Shown: one piece after another, positions 55,636-64,000 of the stretch
Layout of the letters: each line of letters opens with the position of its first letter
How positions within the stretch are numbered: the stretch's first letter is position 1
Translations under genes and position numbers: made by a program
Notes under the pieces: model-generated
The model's database searches: none
The model's input: only the letters and a program-made list of their open reading frames with translations
What the model was told of the DNA's origin: nothing
From: Candidatus Poribacteria bacterium
GTDB lineage: Bacteria; Poribacteria; WGA-4E; WGA-3G
Reading direction: 5' to 3'
DNA length: 64,000 bases
NCBI GenBank assembly: GCA_965215265.1
Contig: OZ244048.1
Location: 480,001 to 544,000 of the forward strand

Positions 55636-56592
55636 ATGTATACAATGGCTAGAAGAAACGAGTCCTCGCAACTGACCCCTAAAACGCTCTCTACCTCTGC
55701 ACAATCAACCGTCCGGGAAATTTTAGGGTCTATTCATGAAGTAGAACTCCTAAGCCAGACACATAATATCGTCTATATGGTGGTAGTCGATCGAGGAAGA
55801 TACGTTGTTAAGGAAATTCACGATCCCACTATAGATGTTCATTTAGAGAAATCAATTCTACAGAAAATCCCGTCTAACGATCTCTTCAGACCGATTTTGC
55901 ACATTCAACGCCTAGATGACACTGGGAGTTCCTTAGCCATCGCGCCTTATATAGAAGGAACTTCATTAGATTCCTTCATTAGTCAAGGCAGGGTTTCAGT
56001 TGATCAAGGCAGGTTGTGGGCTAACGATTTGCATCGAATTTTCCAACACTTGCGTACGCTTCCGGCACAAGGTTTTGGCAAACCAACATTGGTAAGGGGA
56101 CCAGGCTTCGACTCATGGACGAGTTTTCTGGCATGGTACCTCAAGCGACAAAAGGAAAAGGGACCTCGTCTAGCCAAGATGAGGTTCAAACAGCTGTTGG
56201 GTATCTTTGAAAGCTTGAGCCAGGAACTTGACTCACAAAACCCCATCCCGAGGGTAATCAACGGTGATACAAATGCGCGAAATTTCCTTGTCGTTTCTCT
56301 AACGAATCGCTTGTGTCAAATACACATGCCCAATGTCCAATATGGAGATCCGGCCGTTCCATACGGAGAAGCAATGATCCACTTTTACGGAACTCCGATA
56401 GTAGATGAGTTACACAAACTCTGTCGTTTTCCGAGATGGCGACTCCATTTCTACGCTGCGTTTTTAGCTTATGCCATTCTCGCCTACGCAGAACGCTCCG
56501 AATCCTCTCCGTTAGAAGAAGTCGTTGCTTGGGGAGGGCATCGCCCACTGCTTGAGTTATTGGACGAACACTTGGAAGCACTGAAGTCTTAG
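55636..56592 (+). CDS. Aminoglycoside phosphotransferase / kinase-like protein with non-canonical catalytic motifs
   Basis: YVVK, APYIEG, GFG, INGDTNARNFL (HGD-x-x-x-x-N-like), YGDP; GGAGGT RBS. Confidence 0.7.
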   Translation: MYTMARRNESSQLTPKTLSTSAQSTVREILGSIHEVELLSQTHNIVYMVVVDRGRYVVKEIHDPTIDVHLEKSILQKIPSNDLFRPILHIQRLDDTGSSLAIAPYIEGTSLDSFISQGRVSVDQGRLWANDLHRIFQHLRTLPAQGFGKPTLVRGPGFDSWTSFLAWYLKRQKEKGPRLAKMRFKQLLGIFESLSQELDSQNPIPRVINGDTNARNFLVVSLTNRLCQIHMPNVQYGDPAVPYGEAMIHFYGTPIVDELHKLCRFPRWRLHFYAAFLAYAILAYAERSESSPLEEVVAWGGHRPLLELLDEHLEALKS

Positions 56593-56821
56593 AAAAATAG
56601 GAAAATGGTAGACATTACGACTTATTATTATCCTTGTTCTAAGGCTCGAGGACCTATAGTTGTTTTTGGATGGTTTCTATTATGTCTCCATTCTGCGTAC
56701 CTTGCTATTTCAAGCATATCCTAGGATGAACTCCAGAACCGACTTGACAATTTGCAGATAATTTGTTATCCTTAGGAAAAATGACAAGAGTGCTACGAAT
56801 CTATAACCTAAGGAGTGAAAA

Positions 56822-58039
56822 ATGCCTGAAAGACAGTTCAAAGTTCGAGCCGCGCAGTGCGACTATCGTGCTACTGAAGAGGAAATTTACCAAATTCTCC
56901 GTCGCATCACAGATCCGCTAAACCGTGCCTGGAAACCGATTGAAACCGCAAAAAAGGTAGTCATCAAACTCAACATGATGAAACCGCACGAACGCATCAT
57001 CTACTATGAAGGACGGAGACGGGAACTCGTCGATGATGCAGTCTGCCGCGCAACACTACGACTGATTAAAGAGCATACCACCGCACAAATTATCGCAACC
57101 GATACAAATCCCTACACCCACCGGCACCGAATGCCGCCCGGATTTAACTATGAGCACCATCTCAAAGAATTCGACGTGCAATTTGTCGATTCTAACCTCC
57201 CACCTTTTAAGGTTTACGATGTCCCCGGCGGGGGCTCTATGTTCGATCGTTATACGCTGAGCACCTGCTTTGACGACGCTGATGCTGTCATTTCTGTCGC
57301 AAAAATGAAAAATCACGCGTTCATGGGCATCACCTTATGCACCAAAAATCTATTCGGATTACCCCCGATGTTGCTACCGGAAGGCAGAACGCGCAGCTAC
57401 TACCATCACCTCATCCGTCTCTCCTACGTCCTACCCGATCTTGCGCTGATAACCAAACCATGCCTCAATATCATCGACGCACTTACCGGACAGTGGGGAC
57501 GCGAATGGGGTGGGGAGGGTAGAATCTGCAACGCCTTAATCGCTGGAGATCATCCGATAGCTACAGACACCGTCGGGATGCACCTCATGGGACACGACCC
57601 AGCATCCGACTGGCCAACACCTCCGTTCAAACGCGATCGAAACCATATTCTAATCGCAGCGCAGCGCGGATATGGCACGGTAAATCTTGATGAAATCGAT
57701 TGGACAAGTGAGGTCTCCGCCCCACTTGCTGAATTCGATTCTATTGAGACAGATACTCCGCAAACCGTCGCGAATTGGCGGCGCACCACCTGTGAACAGG
57801 GTATCCTCTATCTTGAAAACCGAAAACAACTCATCGACCGGTATCGGGATAATTTTATCTACATGCAGGGCGGCGAAGTCGTCTGGAACGGACCTGACCC
57901 CGCAAATCTCGGAAGCCGCCGCCAACTCAGCGGCGATAAAAAGGACAGTGCACTCTGGCTCAAACTCGTAGATCCTGAAGAACACGAAGGCGAGCAGTTT
58001 AATGTCTACGAGGAGTGCCTCAAGCCTTTTGCCGCGTAA
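56822..58039 (+). CDS. DUF362 domain protein
   Basis: VVIKLN, ISVAKMKNH...TLCTKNLFG, IIDA, DHPIATD. Confidence 0.8.
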   Translation: MPERQFKVRAAQCDYRATEEEIYQILRRITDPLNRAWKPIETAKKVVIKLNMMKPHERIIYYEGRRRELVDDAVCRATLRLIKEHTTAQIIATDTNPYTHRHRMPPGFNYEHHLKEFDVQFVDSNLPPFKVYDVPGGGSMFDRYTLSTCFDDADAVISVAKMKNHAFMGITLCTKNLFGLPPMLLPEGRTRSYYHHLIRLSYVLPDLALITKPCLNIIDALTGQWGREWGGEGRICNALIAGDHPIATDTVGMHLMGHDPASDWPTPPFKRDRNHILIAAQRGYGTVNLDEIDWTSEVSAPLAEFDSIETDTPQTVANWRRTTCEQGILYLENRKQLIDRYRDNFIYMQGGEVVWNGPDPANLGSRRQLSGDKKDSALWLKLVDPEEHEGEQFNVYEECLKPFAA

Positions 58040-58103
58040 AACCCACTCCGCATAGAAACCAAACATTCGCTCGTTGACGAATTTACACAACAGGAGGGCT
58101 CCA

Positions 58104-58862
58104 ATGGCTATTACTCAAGCACAAAAGAAGCAATTGGATGAGCACGGATGCATCGTCATTCCAAACGTGCTTTCTAAAGAGGAGATTGCGGTATACCGGA
58201 CAGATCTGCTACGGCTGGCAGCACAAGAAAAAGAGGAAGGGTCGGCACTTCGGCACACCGCAGGCTATGGACAGCACGTCCGCTGGTTAGTAAATAAAGG
58301 AGAGATGTACGAACGATTGGTTGCACATCCGAAGGTGATGCCGTTCTTTGAACATCTACTTGGCGAGGATTATACACTGAGCACGCTCACTTCTAACATC
58401 ATTGAGCCCGGTGCACCCGATGGTGGGTACCACGTTGATAGCATCCTCGGGGCAATGCCAGAACCACTCCCCAGTTTTCCGATGGTTGCCAACAGTCTCT
58501 GGCTCCTTGATGATTTTACCCCGGAGAACGGCGGGACACGCTACGTGCCGGGAATCCATCTGCAGCAGTCAAAGCCCCCATCCGGCACCACCCCTCACCC
58601 GAACGAGGTTCGGCTTTCCGCCACCAAGGGCTCTGTCTTTCTCTTCAACGGAGCGATCTGGCATTCCGCCGGGGCGAATAAAACCGACCGCGCCCGCATT
58701 GCCCTAATCTGTTTCTGCTGCCGTTCCTTCGTCAAACCTATGTTTGATTTTGTGCATTACCTCAAGCCGGAGGTCATAGAGCGCGCAACCCCGGTCATGC
58801 GCCGCATTTACGGATTTGATTCACAACCCAGACAGCCAGACGGTCCAAGCAATGAAAACTGA
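58104..58862 (+). CDS. Phytanoyl-CoA dioxygenase (PhyH) family protein
   Basis: YHVD, LDDFTPENGGTRYVPG, GSV...WHSAGAN...R. Confidence 0.92.
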   Translation: MAITQAQKKQLDEHGCIVIPNVLSKEEIAVYRTDLLRLAAQEKEEGSALRHTAGYGQHVRWLVNKGEMYERLVAHPKVMPFFEHLLGEDYTLSTLTSNIIEPGAPDGGYHVDSILGAMPEPLPSFPMVANSLWLLDDFTPENGGTRYVPGIHLQQSKPPSGTTPHPNEVRLSATKGSVFLFNGAIWHSAGANKTDRARIALICFCCRSFVKPMFDFVHYLKPEVIERATPVMRRIYGFDSQPRQPDGPSNEN

Positions 58863-58878
58863 TGGATTAGCCTAAAAC

Positions 58879-59775
58879 TTAATCTGAATTCCAGCAGAAT
58901 ATTTTGCCGGCACGGCTCACACAGATCAATTGCTCGCCATCTGTTGAGAAAGTCAATTTCCAGATATCCCGCGCTGCTTGAGTTGCCAGCAACTTACCGG
59001 TATCCAGATCCCACAACCGAATTGACCTATCTTTTCCAGCACTGGCAATAGTGCCACTGATTGCAGAAACTGCTACCGTATGGACAGAATCTGTATGCCC
59101 TTTTAAAGTAGATAACAAGTTTTTCTGTTCCAGATCCCACAACCGAATGAAGGTATCGGACCCCCCTGTGACAAGCCTGCATTTATGCGGTGCTGTACGT
59201 GCTGCCGTAAAGGCGAGTGCCAGGGCTAAGCCGTCATGTGCAGCGAGGGTGTAATTCAGTTCGCCTGTTTCTAGTTCCCACAATTGCACCTTACCATCCG
59301 CGCTTGCGCTTGCAAGCATCGCACCGTCTGGCCCAAAAGCCAATGCCCGCACCCGCGATGCTCCCGTAAGTGGTAAAAGATGCTTTCTACTTTCATCCCA
59401 TGCCGGCAACGGAATGCCGTCGGGCGAAGATGCCAACGCATAGGTTAAATGAGAGTCCCCAGTTAACATGTACGTTTCACGCGCCGTGTTCGTATCCCAC
59501 AGCCGCAGCGTATTATCATCACTTGCACTTGCCAGTACACAATTATCTGGCGCGAACGCTAATGCACGCACACGGTCTGCGTGGCCCACGAGCATCGCAA
59601 ATTGGACCCCTGTCTCCAGATCGTAGATACGGATGTCTCTGTCACTGCCTGCAGCCAACCGCCTGCAGTCTAGCGAAAAAGCAATTTCCGTAATCTGGTT
59701 CCTACCGAGTCTCTGTCTGAATCCGAGTGGCAGCTCGGCTTGTCTACAGTTCGCAAACAAATCTGTATTTTTCAT
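58879..59775 (-). CDS. WD40 repeat protein
   Basis: Repeated GH...V.ALAF.PD...LASAS.D.T.RLWD units. Confidence 0.92.
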   Translation of the reverse strand: MKNTDLFANCRQAELPLGFRQRLGRNQITEIAFSLDCRRLAAGSDRDIRIYDLETGVQFAMLVGHADRVRALAFAPDNCVLASASDDNTLRLWDTNTARETYMLTGDSHLTYALASSPDGIPLPAWDESRKHLLPLTGASRVRALAFGPDGAMLASASADGKVQLWELETGELNYTLAAHDGLALALAFTAARTAPHKCRLVTGGSDTFIRLWDLEQKNLLSTLKGHTDSVHTVAVSAISGTIASAGKDRSIRLWDLDTGKLLATQAARDIWKLTFSTDGEQLICVSRAGKIFCWNSD

Positions 59776-59781
59776 TTGTCC

Positions 59782-60807
59782 CTAATTATTTTTCCAATCT
59801 AAAACAACGCCGGTATAAACGTTCGGTTCATTGAGGAGCCCATCGTAGGCACGTTTGATTTGCTCAGGTTTCAGATAATGGGAAATCAAGGCACCAACTT
59901 CCAGCTGCCCACGGGCCATCCAGTCAAAGATGCACTGTTGCTTGCTAAACTGTGACGTGCGATTGCCAATGTCAGGATACATCGGGACGCACCACTCCAA
60001 CGCACCACGGATAGTAATCCATCGCAGATGCGTTTCTGAAAGCAGCTCCGTTAAATCGCCTTGCACAGAGACCCGGGGCGAGCCTAAGATAATTAGCTGC
60101 CCATGATTTGCGGTTGCACGTAGTGCTTGCATCACAACCGCGCTGTGTCCCACTGCATCGACCGTGATAGCACCGAGTTCACCTTGAGTCAGCTCTTCAA
60201 TTTGTGCTTGTGCCGCAGCCGTGTCCCCGCCAAAGGTATGTGCAATCCCGCACCGCTCGGCAAGTGCCCTCCGCTCGGCTACAGGGTCTACACCGATGAC
60301 ACGGCAACCGTGGATGCGGAACATCTGCGCAGCCAGGTTGCCGACGAGCCCCAGCCCAAAGATCACGACCCACGGGTTCGCCTGAATTTTAGCAACGACG
60401 ATAGCTGTCATAGCAACGCCTGCCATCCTTGATGCCGCTACGACTGCCGCATCTACAGTGTCGCCCACGGGTACCACGAGCCGCTCTTGTGAATATCGAA
60501 CGACGGAGGCATGCCTGCCGTAACTAAAGACCCGCTCACCCGAAGCCGCACGAGTAACATTCCTTCCGACTTCCCGTACAATCCCAACGTTTGCATAGCC
60601 GGAACGCCACGGATACGCGCACCACGCTCCTTCCTGAAATACCTTCGGCTCTCTACCGGTGTAGTTGGCCAATTCCGTACCGCTACTGATGAACGTGTAT
60701 TCTGTATCTATCAAGAGTTCGTTCGGCGTGAGCACAGCTTCCTCAATTTCGTTGCTTTGCAACTCAACTTGGTGCTGCCCAGTTACAACTACTTCTCTAA
60801 TTCTCAT
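59782..60807 (-). CDS. Medium-chain (zinc-binding type) alcohol dehydrogenase family protein
   Basis: ISSGTE, GYANVG, Rossmann motif GLGLVG, DAVG. Confidence 0.88.
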   Translation of the reverse strand: MRIREVVVTGQHQVELQSNEIEEAVLTPNELLIDTEYTFISSGTELANYTGREPKVFQEGAWCAYPWRSGYANVGIVREVGRNVTRAASGERVFSYGRHASVVRYSQERLVVPVGDTVDAAVVAASRMAGVAMTAIVVAKIQANPWVVIFGLGLVGNLAAQMFRIHGCRVIGVDPVAERRALAERCGIAHTFGGDTAAAQAQIEELTQGELGAITVDAVGHSAVVMQALRATANHGQLIILGSPRVSVQGDLTELLSETHLRWITIRGALEWCVPMYPDIGNRTSQFSKQQCIFDWMARGQLEVGALISHYLKPEQIKRAYDGLLNEPNVYTGVVLDWKNN

Positions 60808-61118
60808 TGCTGATTCTCATCTCCTAATTCTTTTTGTTTTATCTTGCGAATGAGTGCTTGCATGCGCTTATACCGAACAAGACCTACGAAAAAAGTGGCG
60901 ATGCCCAATAAAATGAAGATAACACCGATCGCCTCAACGATCGGTGAACTAAATATCTTCAGGTGTACAAACGATAATCCAGCAACAAATAGCGTTAACG
61001 CCGTACGGATATAGGCAAGGAATGTCCGCTCATTTGCCAGAATCGTCCGGTCCGCCGCAAGATGATCGCGTAGGATGAGCTGGTCTTCAAGGTCTTTGTA
61101 AGGGGTTGATTTTTCCAT
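60804..61118 (-). CDS. DUF202 / YidH family membrane protein
   Basis: RDHLAADRTILANERTFLAYIRTAL plus two TM helices. Confidence 0.9.
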   Translation of the reverse strand: MEKSTPYKDLEDQLILRDHLAADRTILANERTFLAYIRTALTLFVAGLSFVHLKIFSSPIVEAIGVIFILLGIATFFVGLVRYKRMQALIRKIKQKELGDENQQ

Positions 61119-61182
61119 TTACGCTACCAACTTTTTGAATCATTATAGCACATTTACAAGGAAATTCACAACTCAATTTTCC

Positions 61183-61211
61183 TTGACACCCTTACCGCTG
61201 TATGCTATACT
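61183..61211 (+). promoter_or_regulatory. Sigma70 promoter
   Basis: TTGACA-17 bp-TATACT with extended TG. Confidence 0.7.
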
Positions 61212-61285
61212 ATAAATAGCATCCGGCTCGCGATACAATGCGCGGTTTGCTGGAAAATACCCAAAAATAGAATGGAGTAAAGACT

Positions 61286-61879
61286 TTGATAGATATCAAG
61301 CAACAGTTAGATAGAAAAATTGCAGACTATAACCTACTCAACCACCCGTTCTACCAAGCGTGGAGTGCTGGGGAATTGTCAGTGGAAGCACTACGTTGTT
61401 ACGCACGTGAATACGGTGCCTTCGTCGCAACACTACCAACCGGCTGGGAGACTTTGGACGATGCCGAAACCGCAGAAGAAGAGACCGAACACATTGACAT
61501 GTGGGCAGACTTTGCTCGCGGATTGGATACTGTAGTCGCCGAAGCGCAGATACCCCAGGTGAAAACCCTGATGCACGCAGCTGATGAACTCTTCTCCCAA
61601 CCCGTCACAGCATTAGGCGCGCTTTATGCTTTTGAAGCACAGCAGCCCGCAACCGCGCAATCAAAACTCGACGGGTTGAAAACGTTCTATCAACTCCCTG
61701 AGACGGTGGAACCCTATTTTGAAACGCATGCACACAACGAACATGAAGCCGAGAAATTGCTCGCCCGGATCGGCACATTGCCCTCGGAAGACCACACAAC
61801 CATTGTGCAAGCATGCGAGCAGATGAGCATTGCTCTATGGGATGCACTCTCCGGAATTCATGATGCTGACCGCGCATGA
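61286..61879 (+). CDS. PqqC/CADD-like heme-oxygenase-fold iron-containing redox protein
   Basis: LLNHPFYQAWSAGEL, EE..H...W, ALYAFEAQQP, YF..H; TTG start after GGAG. Confidence 0.8.
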   Translation: MIDIKQQLDRKIADYNLLNHPFYQAWSAGELSVEALRCYAREYGAFVATLPTGWETLDDAETAEEETEHIDMWADFARGLDTVVAEAQIPQVKTLMHAADELFSQPVTALGALYAFEAQQPATAQSKLDGLKTFYQLPETVEPYFETHAHNEHEAEKLLARIGTLPSEDHTTIVQACEQMSIALWDALSGIHDADRA

Positions 61880-62249
61880 GACGCTCACCGCGTACTTTGA
61901 CGCACTTATTGCAAAAGATGCTGAAACCCTCATCGCGATGATGTGTCACGCCGAACACTATGTGAAAATTGGCACAGATCACGGCGAAGTCATTCAAGGG
62001 CACCAACGGATTGCCGAGTATTACCGAAACCACACCGCAAGCACCGAGGATTTCAGCATCACCTTCATTACCCTAGATGTACAGGAACGAGACACCGTCG
62101 CCTGGTTCTATACTCAACAAATCTGGCGACTCAAATGGCAAGGGACACCAGAAGAATTCCTGATGCGTATGACAGGTGTGTTAGAACGGAATGACGATGC
62201 ATGGAAATTTGTCCAAATCCACGCTTCAATCGGTGTTACCGCGTCCTGA
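61860..62249 (+). CDS. NTF2/SnoaL-like protein
   Basis: IGTD..E...G, VAW, RMTGVL...WKFVQIHAS. Confidence 0.85.
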   Translation: MMLTAHETLTAYFDALIAKDAETLIAMMCHAEHYVKIGTDHGEVIQGHQRIAEYYRNHTASTEDFSITFITLDVQERDTVAWFYTQQIWRLKWQGTPEEFLMRMTGVLERNDDAWKFVQIHASIGVTAS

Positions 62250-62464
62250 TAAAACCCAGTGGCATGCTCCGCTCAGAGTATATCTGTTTGTAATTGGGCG
62301 ATTTATCGCCTACGCCTCGCCCTATTCCTCCAGCAGCACGCTTTCTTCAGCAAGCATATCGAAAGCAAAACGTCTCTAAACCCCAAACCGCAGAAGTTGC
62401 CTCAAAAAGCAAAATTAGGTATACTACAAATTGTAACACCAATCCGCCAAAAAGGAGATGTCCC

Positions 62465-62725
62465 TTGGAAAAAATCCGCGAACTTGTTTCGTTATTGGAA
62501 TCAGGTATTGAGGACTACGAAGCGCAACTGAAATTACTTCAGACAGAACGGTTGAAATATATCCGCCTCTCAATGACTAACGGATTTGGCGAAGGTGAGG
62601 GCGAATCTAAGGATTCGTGGCTCCTTCACCTCAAACAACTTGAAGATTCATTGGCAGTACGGCGTAACGCACTACGACTAGCAATTCGTGAAGCCGGCGA
62701 CGAAATATCGAAAGCGGAGGAATAA
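62465..62725 (+). CDS. Hypothetical small coiled-coil protein
   Basis: AAGGAG RBS before TTG 62465; helical heptad pattern. Confidence 0.6.
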   Translation: MEKIRELVSLLESGIEDYEAQLKLLQTERLKYIRLSMTNGFGEGEGESKDSWLLHLKQLEDSLAVRRNALRLAIREAGDEISKAEE

Positions 62726-62727
62726 TC

Positions 62728-64000
62728 ATGTCTTCTTTGTCTCGTTCAAAACAGGACGTTTTTGTATTATGTGCAACCGTCTTGACGCTTCTCACTTTCA
62801 TAGTTTCTTCCATCGCACAAACACAGAAGAGCACCGACCTGATTGAGCAAGCAATCCGACATCAGAATTTAGGGTTGGCCTACCTTGAAGAATCCCAACC
62901 CTCCAAGGCAGTAGAGGTATTTGAATCCCTGGTTGAACTTTTACCTGATGAGGCAATCGGCTATGGTAACCTAGCTGTCGCGCACCTGCGATTACAGCAG
63001 GCAGCGGCCGCCGAGTCCGCGGTAAAACGCGGCATTCTAGTAGCACCTATGAATAGCCAGTTGCACTTTATCTTGTCGGAAATCTATCAGTTACAAGGGA
63101 AAAGCACGGAAGCGATTGAAGCCATGACGGAAGCCGTCCGGCTCGCTCCAGAGGAATTGGAGTTTCGATACAAACTGGCGCGCCACTATCTCGGACAGCG
63201 GAATAATCCGGATGCTCTACAAAACGCAGTACAGCACTTAAAGGTACTACACACCCTATCACCCGCCAATATTGTCATACTTCTAAAACTAACGCAGGCA
63301 CTTTTGGCACGACCGGATGTAACGCTTCCCGAAGTAAAAGACCTCTGCATGGAATTGAATACACTCTTATGGGATACAGATCCGGAAAAACTAAAATATC
63401 TCACGAACGGAATCGCTATGATTGAGCAAGCGGACATCAAAACGGCGGCGCGCAATATCCGAATTTTTGAGAACGTCCACCGCGCAACACCGCGATACCA
63501 GCAAGGCATCGGCGAATTGGTGACAGACATCTTGGGACATCCCATCGAGACATTTAGCACCGGTTTCAAAGCCAGATTTATTGCTAAACAGACCCAACCG
63601 ATCCCCGTGCAATTTGTTGATGTCACGCCAGATATCGGGCTTGATGACGTGCGAATGCAAACCGAAAACCCGGCGCTTTTTCTTATTGACTACGATGGCG
63701 ATGGACAGTTAGACCTTTACGTGTCCCCGCTCGGTAGGCTCTTTCGTAATGATGGCGAGAAGTTTATCCAGGTCCAACAATTTCCTGCGGACGTTTCACA
63801 GCCGCATAGAGCTGCTTTCGCAGATCTGGATAAAGATGGAATACAAGAACTCCTCTTGCAAACCCCAAGCGGCATCGCACGCTTAGAGCAGACTGAAGAG
63901 GGGAACTGGATTGCCGCTGAAATCGTGCAATATGCGAATGAGGACAAAGCAGATGCACCTAACCTCTTATTACCCGTTGATTACGACCATGATGGAGATC
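62728..64000 (+). CDS. Secreted TPR + FG-GAP/VCBS repeat protein (runs off the window end; absent from the ORF track)
   Basis: GGAGG RBS, ATG 62728, signal peptide, TPRs (NLGLAYL, GNLAVAHL), then DYDGDGQLDL, DLDKDG, DYDHDGD. Confidence 0.85.
   Translation, partial: MSSLSRSKQDVFVLCATVLTLLTFIVSSIAQTQKSTDLIEQAIRHQNLGLAYLEESQPSKAVEVFESLVELLPDEAIGYGNLAVAHLRLQQAAAAESAVKRGILVAPMNSQLHFILSEIYQLQGKSTEAIEAMTEAVRLAPEELEFRYKLARHYLGQRNNPDALQNAVQHLKVLHTLSPANIVILLKLTQALLARPDVTLPEVKDLCMELNTLLWDTDPEKLKYLTNGIAMIEQADIKTAARNIRIFENVHRATPRYQQGIGELVTDILGHPIETFSTGFKARFIAKQTQPIPVQFVDVTPDIGLDDVRMQTENPALFLIDYDGDGQLDLYVSPLGRLFRNDGEKFIQVQQFPADVSQPHRAAFADLDKDGIQELLLQTPSGIARLEQTEEGNWIAAEIVQYANEDKADAPNLLLPVDYDHDGD

Overview
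A 64-kb bacterial chromosomal segment, probably from a Candidatus Poribacteria-like organism. That assignment is inferred from secreted paralogs ending in V(D/E)xxGKL(A/T)TTWADIK plus PhyH, WD40 and TPR/FG-GAP genes. About 29 kb (26.85-55.58 kb) is a hybrid CRISPR-Cas locus: cas6, a type III-A module (cas10, csm2-5, csx1), a type I-B module (cas8b, cas7, cas5, cas3), cas4-cas1-cas2, and one array of about 170 repeats. The main finding lies between csx1 and cas8b. There, a degenerate CRISPR mini-array has its own promoter, and its last spacer matches the start site of a perfect sigma70 promoter about 90 bp downstream. The match is 15 of 17 nt, mismatched only at positions 6 and 12 and preceded by CCA, which is the pattern expected for Cascade-mediated repression. 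That promoter drives an unrecognised 140-aa ORF, a candidate CRISPR-repressed toxin or effector. Other oddities are a cold-shock domain fused to Csm2, a deletion scar of an older type I module, and a kinase-like gene with altered catalytic motifs directly after the array. The flanks carry housekeeping genes (rnhC-like, thiI, waaF-like, nadD-yacG-yqeK-rsfS, bat genes) and three tandem secreted paralogs. All calls come from reading motifs by eye; no database searches were run.
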